Made by a program: the position numbers and the translations under genes
Shown: positions 36,885-45,592 of the stretch, one piece after another
Numbering within the stretch: position 1 is the stretch's first letter
Layout: each line of letters begins with the position of its first letter
Virus record (IMG/VR): IMGVR_UViG_3300017781_004450
Span: 1-64,000 of that record
Direction: 5' to 3' (one strand)
Source: a virus
DNA: 64,000 bases
The notes under the pieces: model-generated
The model's database searches: none
Told to the model about the DNA's origin: nothing
What the model saw: only the letters and a program-made list of their open reading frames with translations

Positions 36885-37652
36885 TTACTCAGCATGACGG
36901 ACTATACTGTCAACAACAGCTTCAAAGTCATGTAAATGGAGTGCGTTAGGACCGTCACTAGGTGCATTGTCTGGATCTTGATGTACTTCTAAAAAGAAGT
37001 CTCTAATACCCAAAGCACTACCTGCACGACATAAGCCAGGAACGTAATCGCGATTGCCGCCGCTACTACTTCCATTGCCGCCTGGTTTCTGTACTGCGTG
37101 GGTTGCATCAAGAACAATAGGGGTATTATAATTACTAAGCATGTAGTCCAAGCCAGTAAAATCAACGACAAGAGTATTGTATCCAAAACTCGTTCCTCTC
37201 TCAGTTATCCAAACTTCTTTAGCACCTGTTGTCTTTGACAGTATACTTTCAACGTCCCAAGGTGCAAGAAACTGACCTTTTTTAATATTAACAATCTTGT
37301 CTGTAGCACAAGCAGCCTTTACTAGATCTGTTTGTCTACATAAAAACGCAGGAATTTGTAATGCATCAACTACATCGTTGTATGCTTCAGTGATGTATTG
37401 AATTTGTTCTACAGTATGTACATCAGTGATTGTGTTTACTCCAAACTCATTTTTCAATGCTTCAAAGTCGGTAAGTGTTGCGTCCATACCGATACCACGT
37501 ATTCCTTTGATACTAGATCTATTTGCTTTATCAAAACTAGCTTTAAAGTAATAGTCAATACCGTGTTTATCACAAACACGTTTACATTCTTTTGCAATCA
37601 TTGCACTATCAGTTAGTGTCTCGTGTTGACACGGTCCTGCAATTATTCTCAT
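36885..37652 (-). CDS. kdsA: 3-deoxy-D-manno-octulosonate 8-phosphate (Kdo8P) synthase
   Basis: IAGPC, FKASFDKANRSS, QIPAFLCRQTDL, KKGQF, ERGTSFGY, DATHAVQ, SDG. Confidence 0.95.
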   Translation of the reverse strand: MRIIAGPCQHETLTDSAMIAKECKRVCDKHGIDYYFKASFDKANRSSIKGIRGIGMDATLTDFEALKNEFGVNTITDVHTVEQIQYITEAYNDVVDALQIPAFLCRQTDLVKAACATDKIVNIKKGQFLAPWDVESILSKTTGAKEVWITERGTSFGYNTLVVDFTGLDYMLSNYNTPIVLDATHAVQKPGGNGSSSGGNRDYVPGLCRAGSALGIRDFFLEVHQDPDNAPSDGPNALHLHDFEAVVDSIVRHAE

Positions 37653-37658
37653 AATTTA

Positions 37659-38108
37659 CTACCCTTCGTAGATTGCTGAGTTGGCACCATGCTCTGAACA
37701 CTCAACACTTACACAATAGCAACGATTATTTGTTTTTTCTCTAATCAAATTGTTTGCAAAGTTAAATGCATGTTCTGCAAATTTTTCTGCACCAACACCA
37801 TCGAATTGTCTAATCTCTGCAAGTCCAAGTGTTTCTAAACGTAGTAGTTCGTCCTTCATCGGATCTACTTCGTCGATACAAGTTTTGTGATCAAAACTAT
37901 CTTCAAGCCAAGCCTTCAGCGGTTTAAGTCCACCAAAGTCAACTGCCCAATTTTTATTATCTAGATCATTACATCCAAAAGTAAATTTAAATGCTAAACT
38001 ATAACCGTGTAGCAAATGACAATGTGAATGATCTGCGTTCGGCTGCCTAAACACCGCACTAAGGCCAATGTTATGACCATAAGTTTTTGTACTAAAGTAT
38101 TTTCCCAT
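37659..38108 (-). CDS. queD: 6-carboxy-5,6,7,8-tetrahydropterin synthase / PTPS family
   Basis: C..LHGY, VDFGGLK, FDHK and terminal E...NSA motifs. Confidence 0.85.
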   Translation of the reverse strand: MGKYFSTKTYGHNIGLSAVFRQPNADHSHCHLLHGYSLAFKFTFGCNDLDNKNWAVDFGGLKPLKAWLEDSFDHKTCIDEVDPMKDELLRLETLGLAEIRQFDGVGAEKFAEHAFNFANNLIREKTNNRCYCVSVECSEHGANSAIYEG

Positions 38109-38127
38109 ATTTTTATCTCCTATATAT

Positions 38128-38163
38128 GAGCGGCAGAATTGGAAGGGTTGACGCTAAGACCTT
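38128..38163 (-). ncRNA. Candidate pseudoknotted cis-regulatory RNA in the queD leader
   Basis: AAGG-UCUUAGCGUCAAC-CCUU stem-loop whose loop AGCG can pair with downstream CGCU just before the AGGAG RBS. Confidence 0.3.
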
Positions 38164-38179
38164 GTTAAACATATTACTA

Positions 38180-38207
38180 ATTATACACGAATTAAGATAT
38201 TTGTCAA
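38180..38207 (-). promoter_or_regulatory. Sigma70-type promoter for the queD-kdsA-GT operon
   Basis: TTGACA-N16-TATAAT. Confidence 0.65.
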
Positions 38208-38848
38208 GATATTGATTTATAAAATTTTTCAAAGTGAACATTCGGCTTTTGCCATATAGGCGGAAAGTCCCATTCGTGCATATTTTTTATTGTAAAATTT
38301 TTGTGAGGATGATTTTTGAATACTTCGCCAATTTGTATTTTCCAATAACTAGGATCGATTGGATGCGTATCAGCGTCAGCATAATTGTTTGTTCCTTTGT
38401 ATAAGTTATTAACTTTGTCGTTATTACCGTAAAGATCAAAACCTAACAATGTAATATTATCTGACTCAAGAGTTGCAGCAAGTAAAACAGCATAAGGACC
38501 ACTGCCCCAGTTAATAGGCTGATTATGTTTTTGTTCGTCTTTAGGAGATATGTAAGGAACAGAATTTATTCTTTTATCTTTACGAACTTTACGGAAGTAT
38601 TGATAGTTTTCACCACGGACATAAATTTTTGTGTCCTTTGTGTTCTCTCCTTCTGTTGCTTCTAACACCATACGTCTATCACAACACACAAGATGATCAA
38701 CGACCATATCTCTATGTACTGCGTTACAACCTACTATAGTATAATGTGGATATATGTGAGCTAGATCTAGCCCCTTGCGACTTTCTCCGTTACCTAAAAC
38801 TAAAGTCCCGGACACTCCCGCTACCTGATTTCTCCAAACGGTGCCCAT
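38204..38848 (-). CDS. Maf/DUF115- or sialyltransferase-like protein
   Basis: LVLGNGESR, GCNA.HRD, SGP.A and LLGFDL motifs; true start may be GTG 38815. Confidence 0.55.
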   Translation of the reverse strand: MGTVWRNQVAGVSGTLVLGNGESRKGLDLAHIYPHYTIVGCNAVHRDMVVDHLVCCDRRMVLEATEGENTKDTKIYVRGENYQYFRKVRKDKRINSVPYISPKDEQKHNQPINWGSGPYAVLLAATLESDNITLLGFDLYGNNDKVNNLYKGTNNYADADTHPIDPSYWKIQIGEVFKNHPHKNFTIKNMHEWDFPPIWQKPNVHFEKFYKSIS

Positions 38849-39636
38849 ATGCCAGGGTTACCTGCTTGGATACAAACCCAACCAATGTATGACTTCTGTC
38901 TTGCTCTTGAGTTCCAGCAAATATCACCTTGATTAAAGTTACCACCTTGTGGTGCTTCAACGCCGTTGATATGAAGTGCATTGTTGAATTTAATTGCGCC
39001 CCTAACATGTAAGTCAACTGTGCTATCTGGGTTGGAAACACCTACTGCTAGTTTGCCTCCAACAAAGCCGTCTTTAGCAATGCGTACATCGCCGCCAGCT
39101 TCAACAGTTAGTCTTACTTGATTGTCTGTTTTTACATCTAATTGATGGCTACCAAATGTACCAACAAATCCTTTTGTTGATTCATCTGTACCGATAATCA
39201 TTTCTACGCCATCTTCTGCAATACTTACAGCCGCATTTGGCTGCTCAGTACCAATACCTAATCTATCATTATGTGAATTAAAGTAAACGTATTGATTAAT
39301 TGAAACATCACCGTCTACTACCAGTCCTCTTAATCTACCTAGTGATTTTAAGTTACTGTTTACTACACTTGTACCTAGTGTATCTAGTGTTAGTACTTCT
39401 AAGTTGTTTATTTTAACTGCTTTATTTTTAGCAAGATCAATATTCTCTGTTGAAAAGATACTCTTTGTATCTTCCATATAGGATAATTGTTTAGTGTAGT
39501 CTTTGCCAGCCCAGAATAGGCCCTTACCGTTAATGTCGGTAGTGAATTTAATTGACTGATTTGATGCCCATCCACCGTCTGATGTTAGAGCTGATTCTAG
39601 CTCAGTTAGGGCTTGATTAAGTTTTGCATTGTCCAT
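38821..39636 (-). CDS. Tail-fibre-like structural protein
   Basis: V..S.L.S.G.L..L.V.G, RLGIGT..P and GDI.WN....GWVC..AG.PG.W..FG motifs; TAAATA-N5-ATG. Confidence 0.6.
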   Translation of the reverse strand: MDNAKLNQALTELESALTSDGGWASNQSIKFTTDINGKGLFWAGKDYTKQLSYMEDTKSIFSTENIDLAKNKAVKINNLEVLTLDTLGTSVVNSNLKSLGRLRGLVVDGDVSINQYVYFNSHNDRLGIGTEQPNAAVSIAEDGVEMIIGTDESTKGFVGTFGSHQLDVKTDNQVRLTVEAGGDVRIAKDGFVGGKLAVGVSNPDSTVDLHVRGAIKFNNALHINGVEAPQGGNFNQGDICWNSRARQKSYIGWVCIQAGNPGIWAPFGEIR

Positions 39637-39669
39637 ATTAGTATTTATCCTTTATACAGAAAAGCCGGT

Positions 39670-40959
39670 TTATTGCACTTTCAGCAAGATTATATCATTA
39701 TTTATCCGACCGTTCAGCTTTATGTCCACTGCTTTAATGTCATCTAGGAAAGATCTCAACTTGACTTTACCACTATTTTTGAAGTCTTTCAGTTGTTCTT
39801 CAGGTTTACGTAGTGTTTTTTGAATACTTTCTTTTTCGTTGAACCCTGTAATAGTTGTACCTTTTACACTCAGCCCACTACCTTCACGTTGTTGCCCTAG
39901 CGGATCTTGTATATCTGCAACATACTTTCCTATCTTACGTGTTTTACAATTAAACACCCAAAGCTCGTTACATTTAATAATATCTTCAGGATTAATACTA
40001 GCAAGTTGATACTTGTCATCTGTTGTTTTAAATTTTAGTTTTGATACAAGTTTATCTGCACTGTACACCTTACGTTTACGTGGCTTACGTGTTGCTTTAC
40101 TTGAATCAATAACAACCTGACAAGCACCATATAATCTTTCTAGTGCTGTTAGCATGTTCTTAAGTTCTTTTTTAGTTGTAAACTCGTATGCTTCTTGTAG
40201 TTGAGCTGCAAAATCTTTTTCTTTTTCAGTTGCATCTTTTTTCAACTTAGGAGGATTTAGTACTTCTTTAATTTCTTTAAGCTCTGGCTCATACAATCCC
40301 ATAATCTTGCGAGCATGTGCTTGTGTTACTTTCATTTGAGCAAAGTGTTTTGCAAAATCAAATCCTTTAGGATCAAACTTTTTATCTTGATCACTCCACA
40401 CTTCTAACCACATATCAACTTTTTCACAGGCAGCAATTGCTTGTAACTCTATACGTTCTTGAATACTAATTACACGCTTCTGTGGCTTTTCCTTTAGTTC
40501 TTCCTCTTTCTCTTCTTTGTGATCCTTACCTGTTTGTATTGCGATTTCAATTCTCCTTTCAAGAAAGTCAATTGATGATTTTAATTGGCCCATTGTTCCA
40601 GCAAGTGATTCCCAATAATCTGCTTCTTTCTGAGAAAACCTTGGAGCACCCATTGTATCCATACGTGCAACAATACCTGCAGTAATACTAATAGCATGTT
40701 TAGGTGCAGCCTTGATCCATTTAATTTGATCTTTAGTATACTTGTCCTCTTTTTCCATCCAGGCATATACATTAGTGTATAAGTCCTCTGGCTTAAAGTT
40801 TGCATAATACCACTCGTGTGTTGCTCGACGATGCCGATGAAGTTGCTCGCCAGTCATATCTTCCCAACCGTCCCAATTAGGTTCCGTGAGCTTTGCGCCA
40901 CGTTGGATCCGCGGTGCAGCTCTTGGCTTTTTCTTCTTGGTACTTTTAGGCAATGCCAT
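39670..40959 (-). CDS. Conserved hypothetical phage protein
   Basis: 429 aa, C-terminal QKTLRKP...LNGRIN; AGGAG RBS. Confidence 0.6.
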   Translation of the reverse strand: MALPKSTKKKKPRAAPRIQRGAKLTEPNWDGWEDMTGEQLHRHRRATHEWYYANFKPEDLYTNVYAWMEKEDKYTKDQIKWIKAAPKHAISITAGIVARMDTMGAPRFSQKEADYWESLAGTMGQLKSSIDFLERRIEIAIQTGKDHKEEKEEELKEKPQKRVISIQERIELQAIAACEKVDMWLEVWSDQDKKFDPKGFDFAKHFAQMKVTQAHARKIMGLYEPELKEIKEVLNPPKLKKDATEKEKDFAAQLQEAYEFTTKKELKNMLTALERLYGACQVVIDSSKATRKPRKRKVYSADKLVSKLKFKTTDDKYQLASINPEDIIKCNELWVFNCKTRKIGKYVADIQDPLGQQREGSGLSVKGTTITGFNEKESIQKTLRKPEEQLKDFKNSGKVKLRSFLDDIKAVDIKLNGRINNDIILLKVQ

Positions 40960-40984
40960 CTCTTGCTCCTATGATAAAAATATT

Positions 40985-41013
40985 ACTATATGATGATATA
41001 TATCATTTGTCAA
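40985..41013 (-). promoter_or_regulatory. Sigma70-type promoter
   Basis: TTGACA-N17-TATAGT. Confidence 0.65.
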
Positions 41014-41038
41014 GAAAAATCTGCTCTAAACGAATTCT

Positions 41039-41707
41039 TCATGTTAGATTTTTCGCAATAGGAAATATTTCTGAGATGACCTTAGCACACGCTACAGCAA
41101 TGTCCATATGCTCTTTTTGTGTTCCATTTGCACCTCTAAGTTGAATATAATGTACCCAACTCCTAATTGTTCCATTCATGTAAAGACGTGTTTTGGTAAG
41201 TCCTTCAGGCAGTACTTTTCGTGCTTGTTCTTTCGCAATGCCTTTCTTAATGGCCCAGTCGTATTCTTTTTTGGCTAAATGTGCGATACGCATTTGTGCA
41301 TGTAACCAATCAAGTTGTAGTTTTTCATCTTCAACATCGATAGAATTTTGTCTATTCTTAGGATCTTGTAAACGTGCTTCACTGAATTCAAACATTTCGC
41401 CCTGTTCTTTAGGATCAGCGTAACGTTGACTGAACTCTTGAAATGCAAAACTTCGATGACGCACAATCTGATGTGCAATATCTCTAGTTGTGTTAATTTC
41501 TAATACAGCGTTAACCATTTCTAATGGCGACCAATGTTGATGTTTGATTAGATACTTGATTAACCTCTCGCTGGTATCGTTATTAATCTGTGCTTGTGGG
41601 TTTGATACCTTTGCACAAAATGCAATAAGTTCTTGCAAATCTGTTAAACCTTCTTCTTCAAATTCTTCTGTTGCTCGGCTATACGATACTAATTTTACTT
41701 CTGTCAA
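41039..41707 (-). CDS. thyX: Flavin-dependent thymidylate synthase
   Basis: HWSPLE, RHRSFAFQEFSQRY, EQAR.VLP. Confidence 0.95.
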   Translation of the reverse strand: MTEVKLVSYSRATEEFEEEGLTDLQELIAFCAKVSNPQAQINNDTSERLIKYLIKHQHWSPLEMVNAVLEINTTRDIAHQIVRHRSFAFQEFSQRYADPKEQGEMFEFSEARLQDPKNRQNSIDVEDEKLQLDWLHAQMRIAHLAKKEYDWAIKKGIAKEQARKVLPEGLTKTRLYMNGTIRSWVHYIQLRGANGTQKEHMDIAVACAKVISEIFPIAKNLT

Positions 41708-41732
41708 CTTTTTATTCCTTATGTAAAGTAAA

Positions 41733-41756
41733 GTAGGGCTACACTCGTAGCCCTAC
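41733..41756 (-). terminator. Rho-independent terminator after the histone-like gene
   Basis: GTAGGGCTAC-N4-GTAGCCCTAC perfect 10-bp stem, followed by TTTACTTT on the minus strand. Confidence 0.75.
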
Positions 41757-41767
41757 ACATGGGTGGG

Positions 41768-41965
41768 TTACTGTGATACTGCTGCGCTTTTTCTAGCGTT
41801 TTTAGTATCAGTAATCTCTTTTCTACGTTCTTTTGCGGCTTTAGTTATTTCTTGTAATGCTTTACGGGCTCTGGTTCCTGCTGCGCCATTACCGTTTTCG
41901 AACTTTTCGTTTTCTTCTAAAAACGATTCAAATGCTGCTTTTATTGCTTCTACTTGTGTACTCAT
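41768..41965 (-). CDS. Histone H1-like (Hc1 family) DNA-binding protein
   Basis: KF..GN.AAGTRARKAL.E..K....RRKEI. Confidence 0.75.
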   Translation of the reverse strand: MSTQVEAIKAAFESFLEENEKFENGNGAAGTRARKALQEITKAAKERRKEITDTKNARKSAAVSQ

Positions 41966-42014
41966 AATTTATGTTTCCCTTATAATCTATGCTGAGAGTC
42001 TTCTCAACAGTCAT

Positions 42015-42043
42015 AGTATATAAGCCTAGACTGCAAAAGTCAA
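42015..42043 (-). promoter_or_regulatory. Sigma70-type promoter for the Hc1-like gene
   Basis: TTGACT-N17-TATACT. Confidence 0.65.
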
Positions 42044-42070
42044 CTAATAAAGTGATTAAATACGTTCATA

Positions 42071-43132
42071 ATGACACAAAAAGTTTCTGAAGTAACAACA
42101 GTTCATCTGGAATTGACAGATAAATGCCAAGCACAATGTCCAATGTGTGCAAGGAATTTCCACGGAGGTCCTACCAGACCTTTCATTAAGAACGGAGATA
42201 TGAGCATTGATGATTTTAAAAAATGGTTTCCTAAACCATTTCTAGCTCAGTTACAAAACTTTTATAGTTGCGGTAATTACGGTGATCCTGCGTTTGCAAA
42301 AGATTGCTTAGAAATTTATTCATATGTTAGAGAGTGTAATCCTACTACTAGATTAGCAATACACACAAATGGTGGTATGAGAAATCCTGAATGGTGGGCA
42401 AAGTTAGCAAAGGTTATAGGAACAGTTTCGAATAGTACAGTTGTATTTGCAATCGATGGATTCAAAGGCAAACATGAATTATATAGACGTAACACAAATT
42501 TTGATAAAGTTATAGAAAATTTAAAAGCATATATAGATGCTGGCGGCGAAGCAAGGGTAGATAGTTTAGTGTTCAAGCACAATGAAGATGAAGCAGAAGA
42601 ACTAGAAAAGTTTTTGCTAGAGCTAGGAGTCAAAGAAGTTAACTTTGTAAGCACTACACGTTTTTATGAGATGGAAAAATTTAAAGTTGTTAATAACAAT
42701 CTAGAAACAGAATATTTTTTAGAGCCTGCAACAAGACAAAGATTTGCTAAACAGCCAAATGCAAAATTAATTGATTTGTTAGATACAAGTTATCTAAATC
42801 ATGTTATGGAACAAGCAAAAATTAATCCTAAGTGTACTAGCGAAAAAGGTATATATGTTGATCCATACGGACACATAATGCCTTGCTGTTATATAGGTAG
42901 CGATTACTTAGAACAACCAATAGAAGAGATATTACCTATACACAAACTGCGTAATCAGAGTGTGCAAAATACAAAAGATATAATAAACAATATAGGTTTA
43001 AACACTTGCCAGTCAGGCATATTAGACACAGATGGCATTTTATTCGGTGGAATTACTGACTACTGGGAAGGCAAAGACAAGTGCATGACCTGTGTAAAGG
43101 CATGTTCAACTGCCATTGTGGAGCCTAAATGA
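42071..43132 (+). CDS. Radical SAM protein with SPASM/twitch-like C-terminus
   Basis: CQAQCPMC; GNYGDP; HTNG; C-terminal C...PCC...CxxCxxxC. Confidence 0.9.
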   Translation: MTQKVSEVTTVHLELTDKCQAQCPMCARNFHGGPTRPFIKNGDMSIDDFKKWFPKPFLAQLQNFYSCGNYGDPAFAKDCLEIYSYVRECNPTTRLAIHTNGGMRNPEWWAKLAKVIGTVSNSTVVFAIDGFKGKHELYRRNTNFDKVIENLKAYIDAGGEARVDSLVFKHNEDEAEELEKFLLELGVKEVNFVSTTRFYEMEKFKVVNNNLETEYFLEPATRQRFAKQPNAKLIDLLDTSYLNHVMEQAKINPKCTSEKGIYVDPYGHIMPCCYIGSDYLEQPIEEILPIHKLRNQSVQNTKDIINNIGLNTCQSGILDTDGILFGGITDYWEGKDKCMTCVKACSTAIVEPK

Positions 43133-44115
43133 ACGATTTTACTCTAATACCATTCCACAATATTGTTAAGTTTGGACAAACAACAATGCTTCAACAGCCA
43201 TTGTTTAACGTTAGTTGGATACTTGGTCGCTTCTGTAATTATAGTTGTAGTTACTGTTGGCCGTATGCAAACTCAAACGTTCCAGACCATCAAGACTTTG
43301 AAGTATACACAAATGCAATTGATGAAATTAAACGCCAAGCAAGAGCAAATGGATTTACTGAATTTCATTTTAGTTTTAGTGGAGGTGAACCAACAGCATA
43401 TAAAAAGTTTGGTGACCTTGTTGAATATTATGCTAATGACGATGAAGCAAAATATCAAAGCATACACCTTACAACTAATCTAAGCCCAGGTGAGAAATGG
43501 TGGGGAAGATTTATAGACAACACCAGCCACCTAACACGTCGTAGCATCACTGCAAGTTATCACGCAGAATTTGCAAACGAAAAAGACTTTGGAGATAGAT
43601 GCGTACAGCTCATAGAAGGAGGAGTATTTGTTACAATTAATCAAGTTATGGTTCCTGAACACTTTGAAGAATATTATGAACGTTGTAGTAGATTCGCAGA
43701 CAAAGGAATTAACGTCACTCTTAAACCGCAGTCCGACCCTACCGCGTCTAGAATAGTTGACGGGTACACCGATCAGCAAATTGAACAATTGCAAACAGGC
43801 TTTCCACAAAATTGGAAAGGTGAGCAAATCATGCAAATGTATTTAGAAGATGCTAAAGGAAACAATTATGGTTTGGATCAGGCAGAAAGAATGAATGCAT
43901 TTAACTTCAATAAGTTTAAAGATTGGAATTGCAATGCAGGGTATCAAAGCTGCGTTATAAGAGGTGATGAAGTTAAGAGAGCATATAGTTGCAGCGATAT
44001 CCCTTTAGGAACGCTACAGGGCGGTTTTACGCTGTTTAAGACGCCATCTAAATGCATTACTAGCTCTTGTGTAAGTAGTGCAGACAGCAAAATACCTAAA
44101 TTTTTAAAAGTTTAA
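43129..44115 (+). CDS. Radical SAM protein
   Basis: CNYSCSYC; SGGEP; C-terminal C.AG...C...C..C.S.AD. Confidence 0.9.
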   Translation: MNDFTLIPFHNIVKFGQTTMLQQPLFNVSWILGRFCNYSCSYCWPYANSNVPDHQDFEVYTNAIDEIKRQARANGFTEFHFSFSGGEPTAYKKFGDLVEYYANDDEAKYQSIHLTTNLSPGEKWWGRFIDNTSHLTRRSITASYHAEFANEKDFGDRCVQLIEGGVFVTINQVMVPEHFEEYYERCSRFADKGINVTLKPQSDPTASRIVDGYTDQQIEQLQTGFPQNWKGEQIMQMYLEDAKGNNYGLDQAERMNAFNFNKFKDWNCNAGYQSCVIRGDEVKRAYSCSDIPLGTLQGGFTLFKTPSKCITSSCVSSADSKIPKFLKV

Positions 44116-44959
44116 TTTTTTTGGTTTTGGATTTTTCAATTGGTAATGTAATTTTGTTTTCCCATTTACACAAACGACACTGCTCTTGAGGTTCTAATTG
44201 TGTTTTGATCCAAGTTTCAAACTCTTCAGGACTACACCCTAGATCTTGTTTTGCTATATCAGCAAACGGATCTTCTATTTGAAACTTTCTTGATAACTGA
44301 GGAAGTATTGCCTGTTGATGACAGCGATAAAATCTACCATCTACTAGATACATACATTGTATAGCAGGACACTTAGAATGCTGATCATCTTTATCTCTAA
44401 GTTTATCCCAAGTTATTTTGTTACCTTTTTTAACTACAGCAGGGTTTTCGTAAAACTGCCATGCTTCTGTAATTTCACCTCTTTCAATTCCGTCAACAAC
44501 AAGTTTATAATGCCACTCACCATCTTCGTGTCTAGTATCTTTGAATCGCTCACAGGATACATCTGCCCACCTATTGTGTATCCACGACATTACGGTGTCA
44601 AGGTCTTGTTGTGAATGTGCTGATATTTCTATTTTCCAATCACGGTCTATCCATTCAGGATACAGTTCATCAAATTTATCTAGGTCTCTCCCGTTGGTTA
44701 CTACCCATTTTTTAGCATTAGGCCACATACTTTCTAAGTATGCCATCCAATCTCCTAGTGCAGGATTAGACGTAGGCTCACCACCTATAATAAAAACTTC
44801 TTCAAAGTCGACTGTGTCTGGTAGAGCTTTTAATTTTTCTTTAGTTGTATCTGGCTTAAAATGGGTACCCCAATTTAAATGATTAAACGTGCAACAGCTA
44901 TCACACGCCAAAGTACAGGTGTGGGTTATATATACACTTAATTCAGGAAGGAGTAACAT
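44096..44959 (-). CDS. Radical SAM protein
   Basis: CTLACDSC; GGEP; TNG; Cys-rich C-terminus. Confidence 0.88.
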   Translation of the reverse strand: MLLLPELSVYITHTCTLACDSCCTFNHLNWGTHFKPDTTKEKLKALPDTVDFEEVFIIGGEPTSNPALGDWMAYLESMWPNAKKWVVTNGRDLDKFDELYPEWIDRDWKIEISAHSQQDLDTVMSWIHNRWADVSCERFKDTRHEDGEWHYKLVVDGIERGEITEAWQFYENPAVVKKGNKITWDKLRDKDDQHSKCPAIQCMYLVDGRFYRCHQQAILPQLSRKFQIEDPFADIAKQDLGCSPEEFETWIKTQLEPQEQCRLCKWENKITLPIEKSKTKKIKLLKI

Positions 44960-44964
44960 ACTCG

Positions 44965-44981
44965 TATTTATGGCTTAAATA
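44965..44981. promoter_or_regulatory. Back-to-back late promoter boxes, both 5 nt from a start codon
   Basis: TAAATA on - (44965-44970) and on + (44976-44981). Confidence 0.7.
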
Positions 44982-44986
44982 CACTT

Positions 44987-45592
44987 GTGAAAGTAGAACT
45001 TGAAGATATAAAATTTTGGATGGATGCAATTCGCAACAGCGAAGATCGCGACCGCACACTTGAAAGTTTTTGGGGAGGCCAATTAAAATCTAAAGCGTGG
45101 TTGGTTGAAACACTGCAAAAACATCATCATGTTGGTAATGTTAGTTGTGTTATATTTGGCGGATGGAATGGCGTATTAGCAAATTTATTGTTCAACAGCA
45201 CAATAGGATTTAAACATATTACAAGTGTTGATATTGATCCTAAGTGTGCAGAAATAGCAAACACAATGAATAAGCGTTACGAGATGGAAGGAAAATTTAC
45301 AGCAGTTACAGCAGATATGTGTGAGTATGAATATACTGATCAACCTTACATGGTCATTAACACAAGTTGCGAACACCTCACACAACAACAGTACAACAAA
45401 TGGGCAAAACGTGTACCAACAAGTACTGAAGTGATTTTACAATCTAATAATTATTTTGAACTAGAAGAACATGTAAACTGTTCTAATAGTGTTAGCAGTT
45501 TTGAAAAAAAATCTAAATTAAAAACTATACTAGTTAAAGATGAATTAGAGTTACCTAAATATACACGTTATATGTTAATGGGAAGATTTTAA
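44987..45592 (+). CDS. Class I SAM-dependent methyltransferase-like protein
   Basis: IFGGWNG, VDIDP, ADM, INTSCEH. Confidence 0.7.
   Translation: MKVELEDIKFWMDAIRNSEDRDRTLESFWGGQLKSKAWLVETLQKHHHVGNVSCVIFGGWNGVLANLLFNSTIGFKHITSVDIDPKCAEIANTMNKRYEMEGKFTAVTADMCEYEYTDQPYMVINTSCEHLTQQQYNKWAKRVPTSTEVILQSNNYFELEEHVNCSNSVSSFEKKSKLKTILVKDELELPKYTRYMLMGRF

Noticed and set aside
30408-37652. Bacterial chromosome or host contamination (isc, sod, kdsA look cellular)
   Set aside because: The genes are interleaved with phage tail genes and phage-type promoters and lack their normal operon partners (iscR, hscBA, pyrG/eno)
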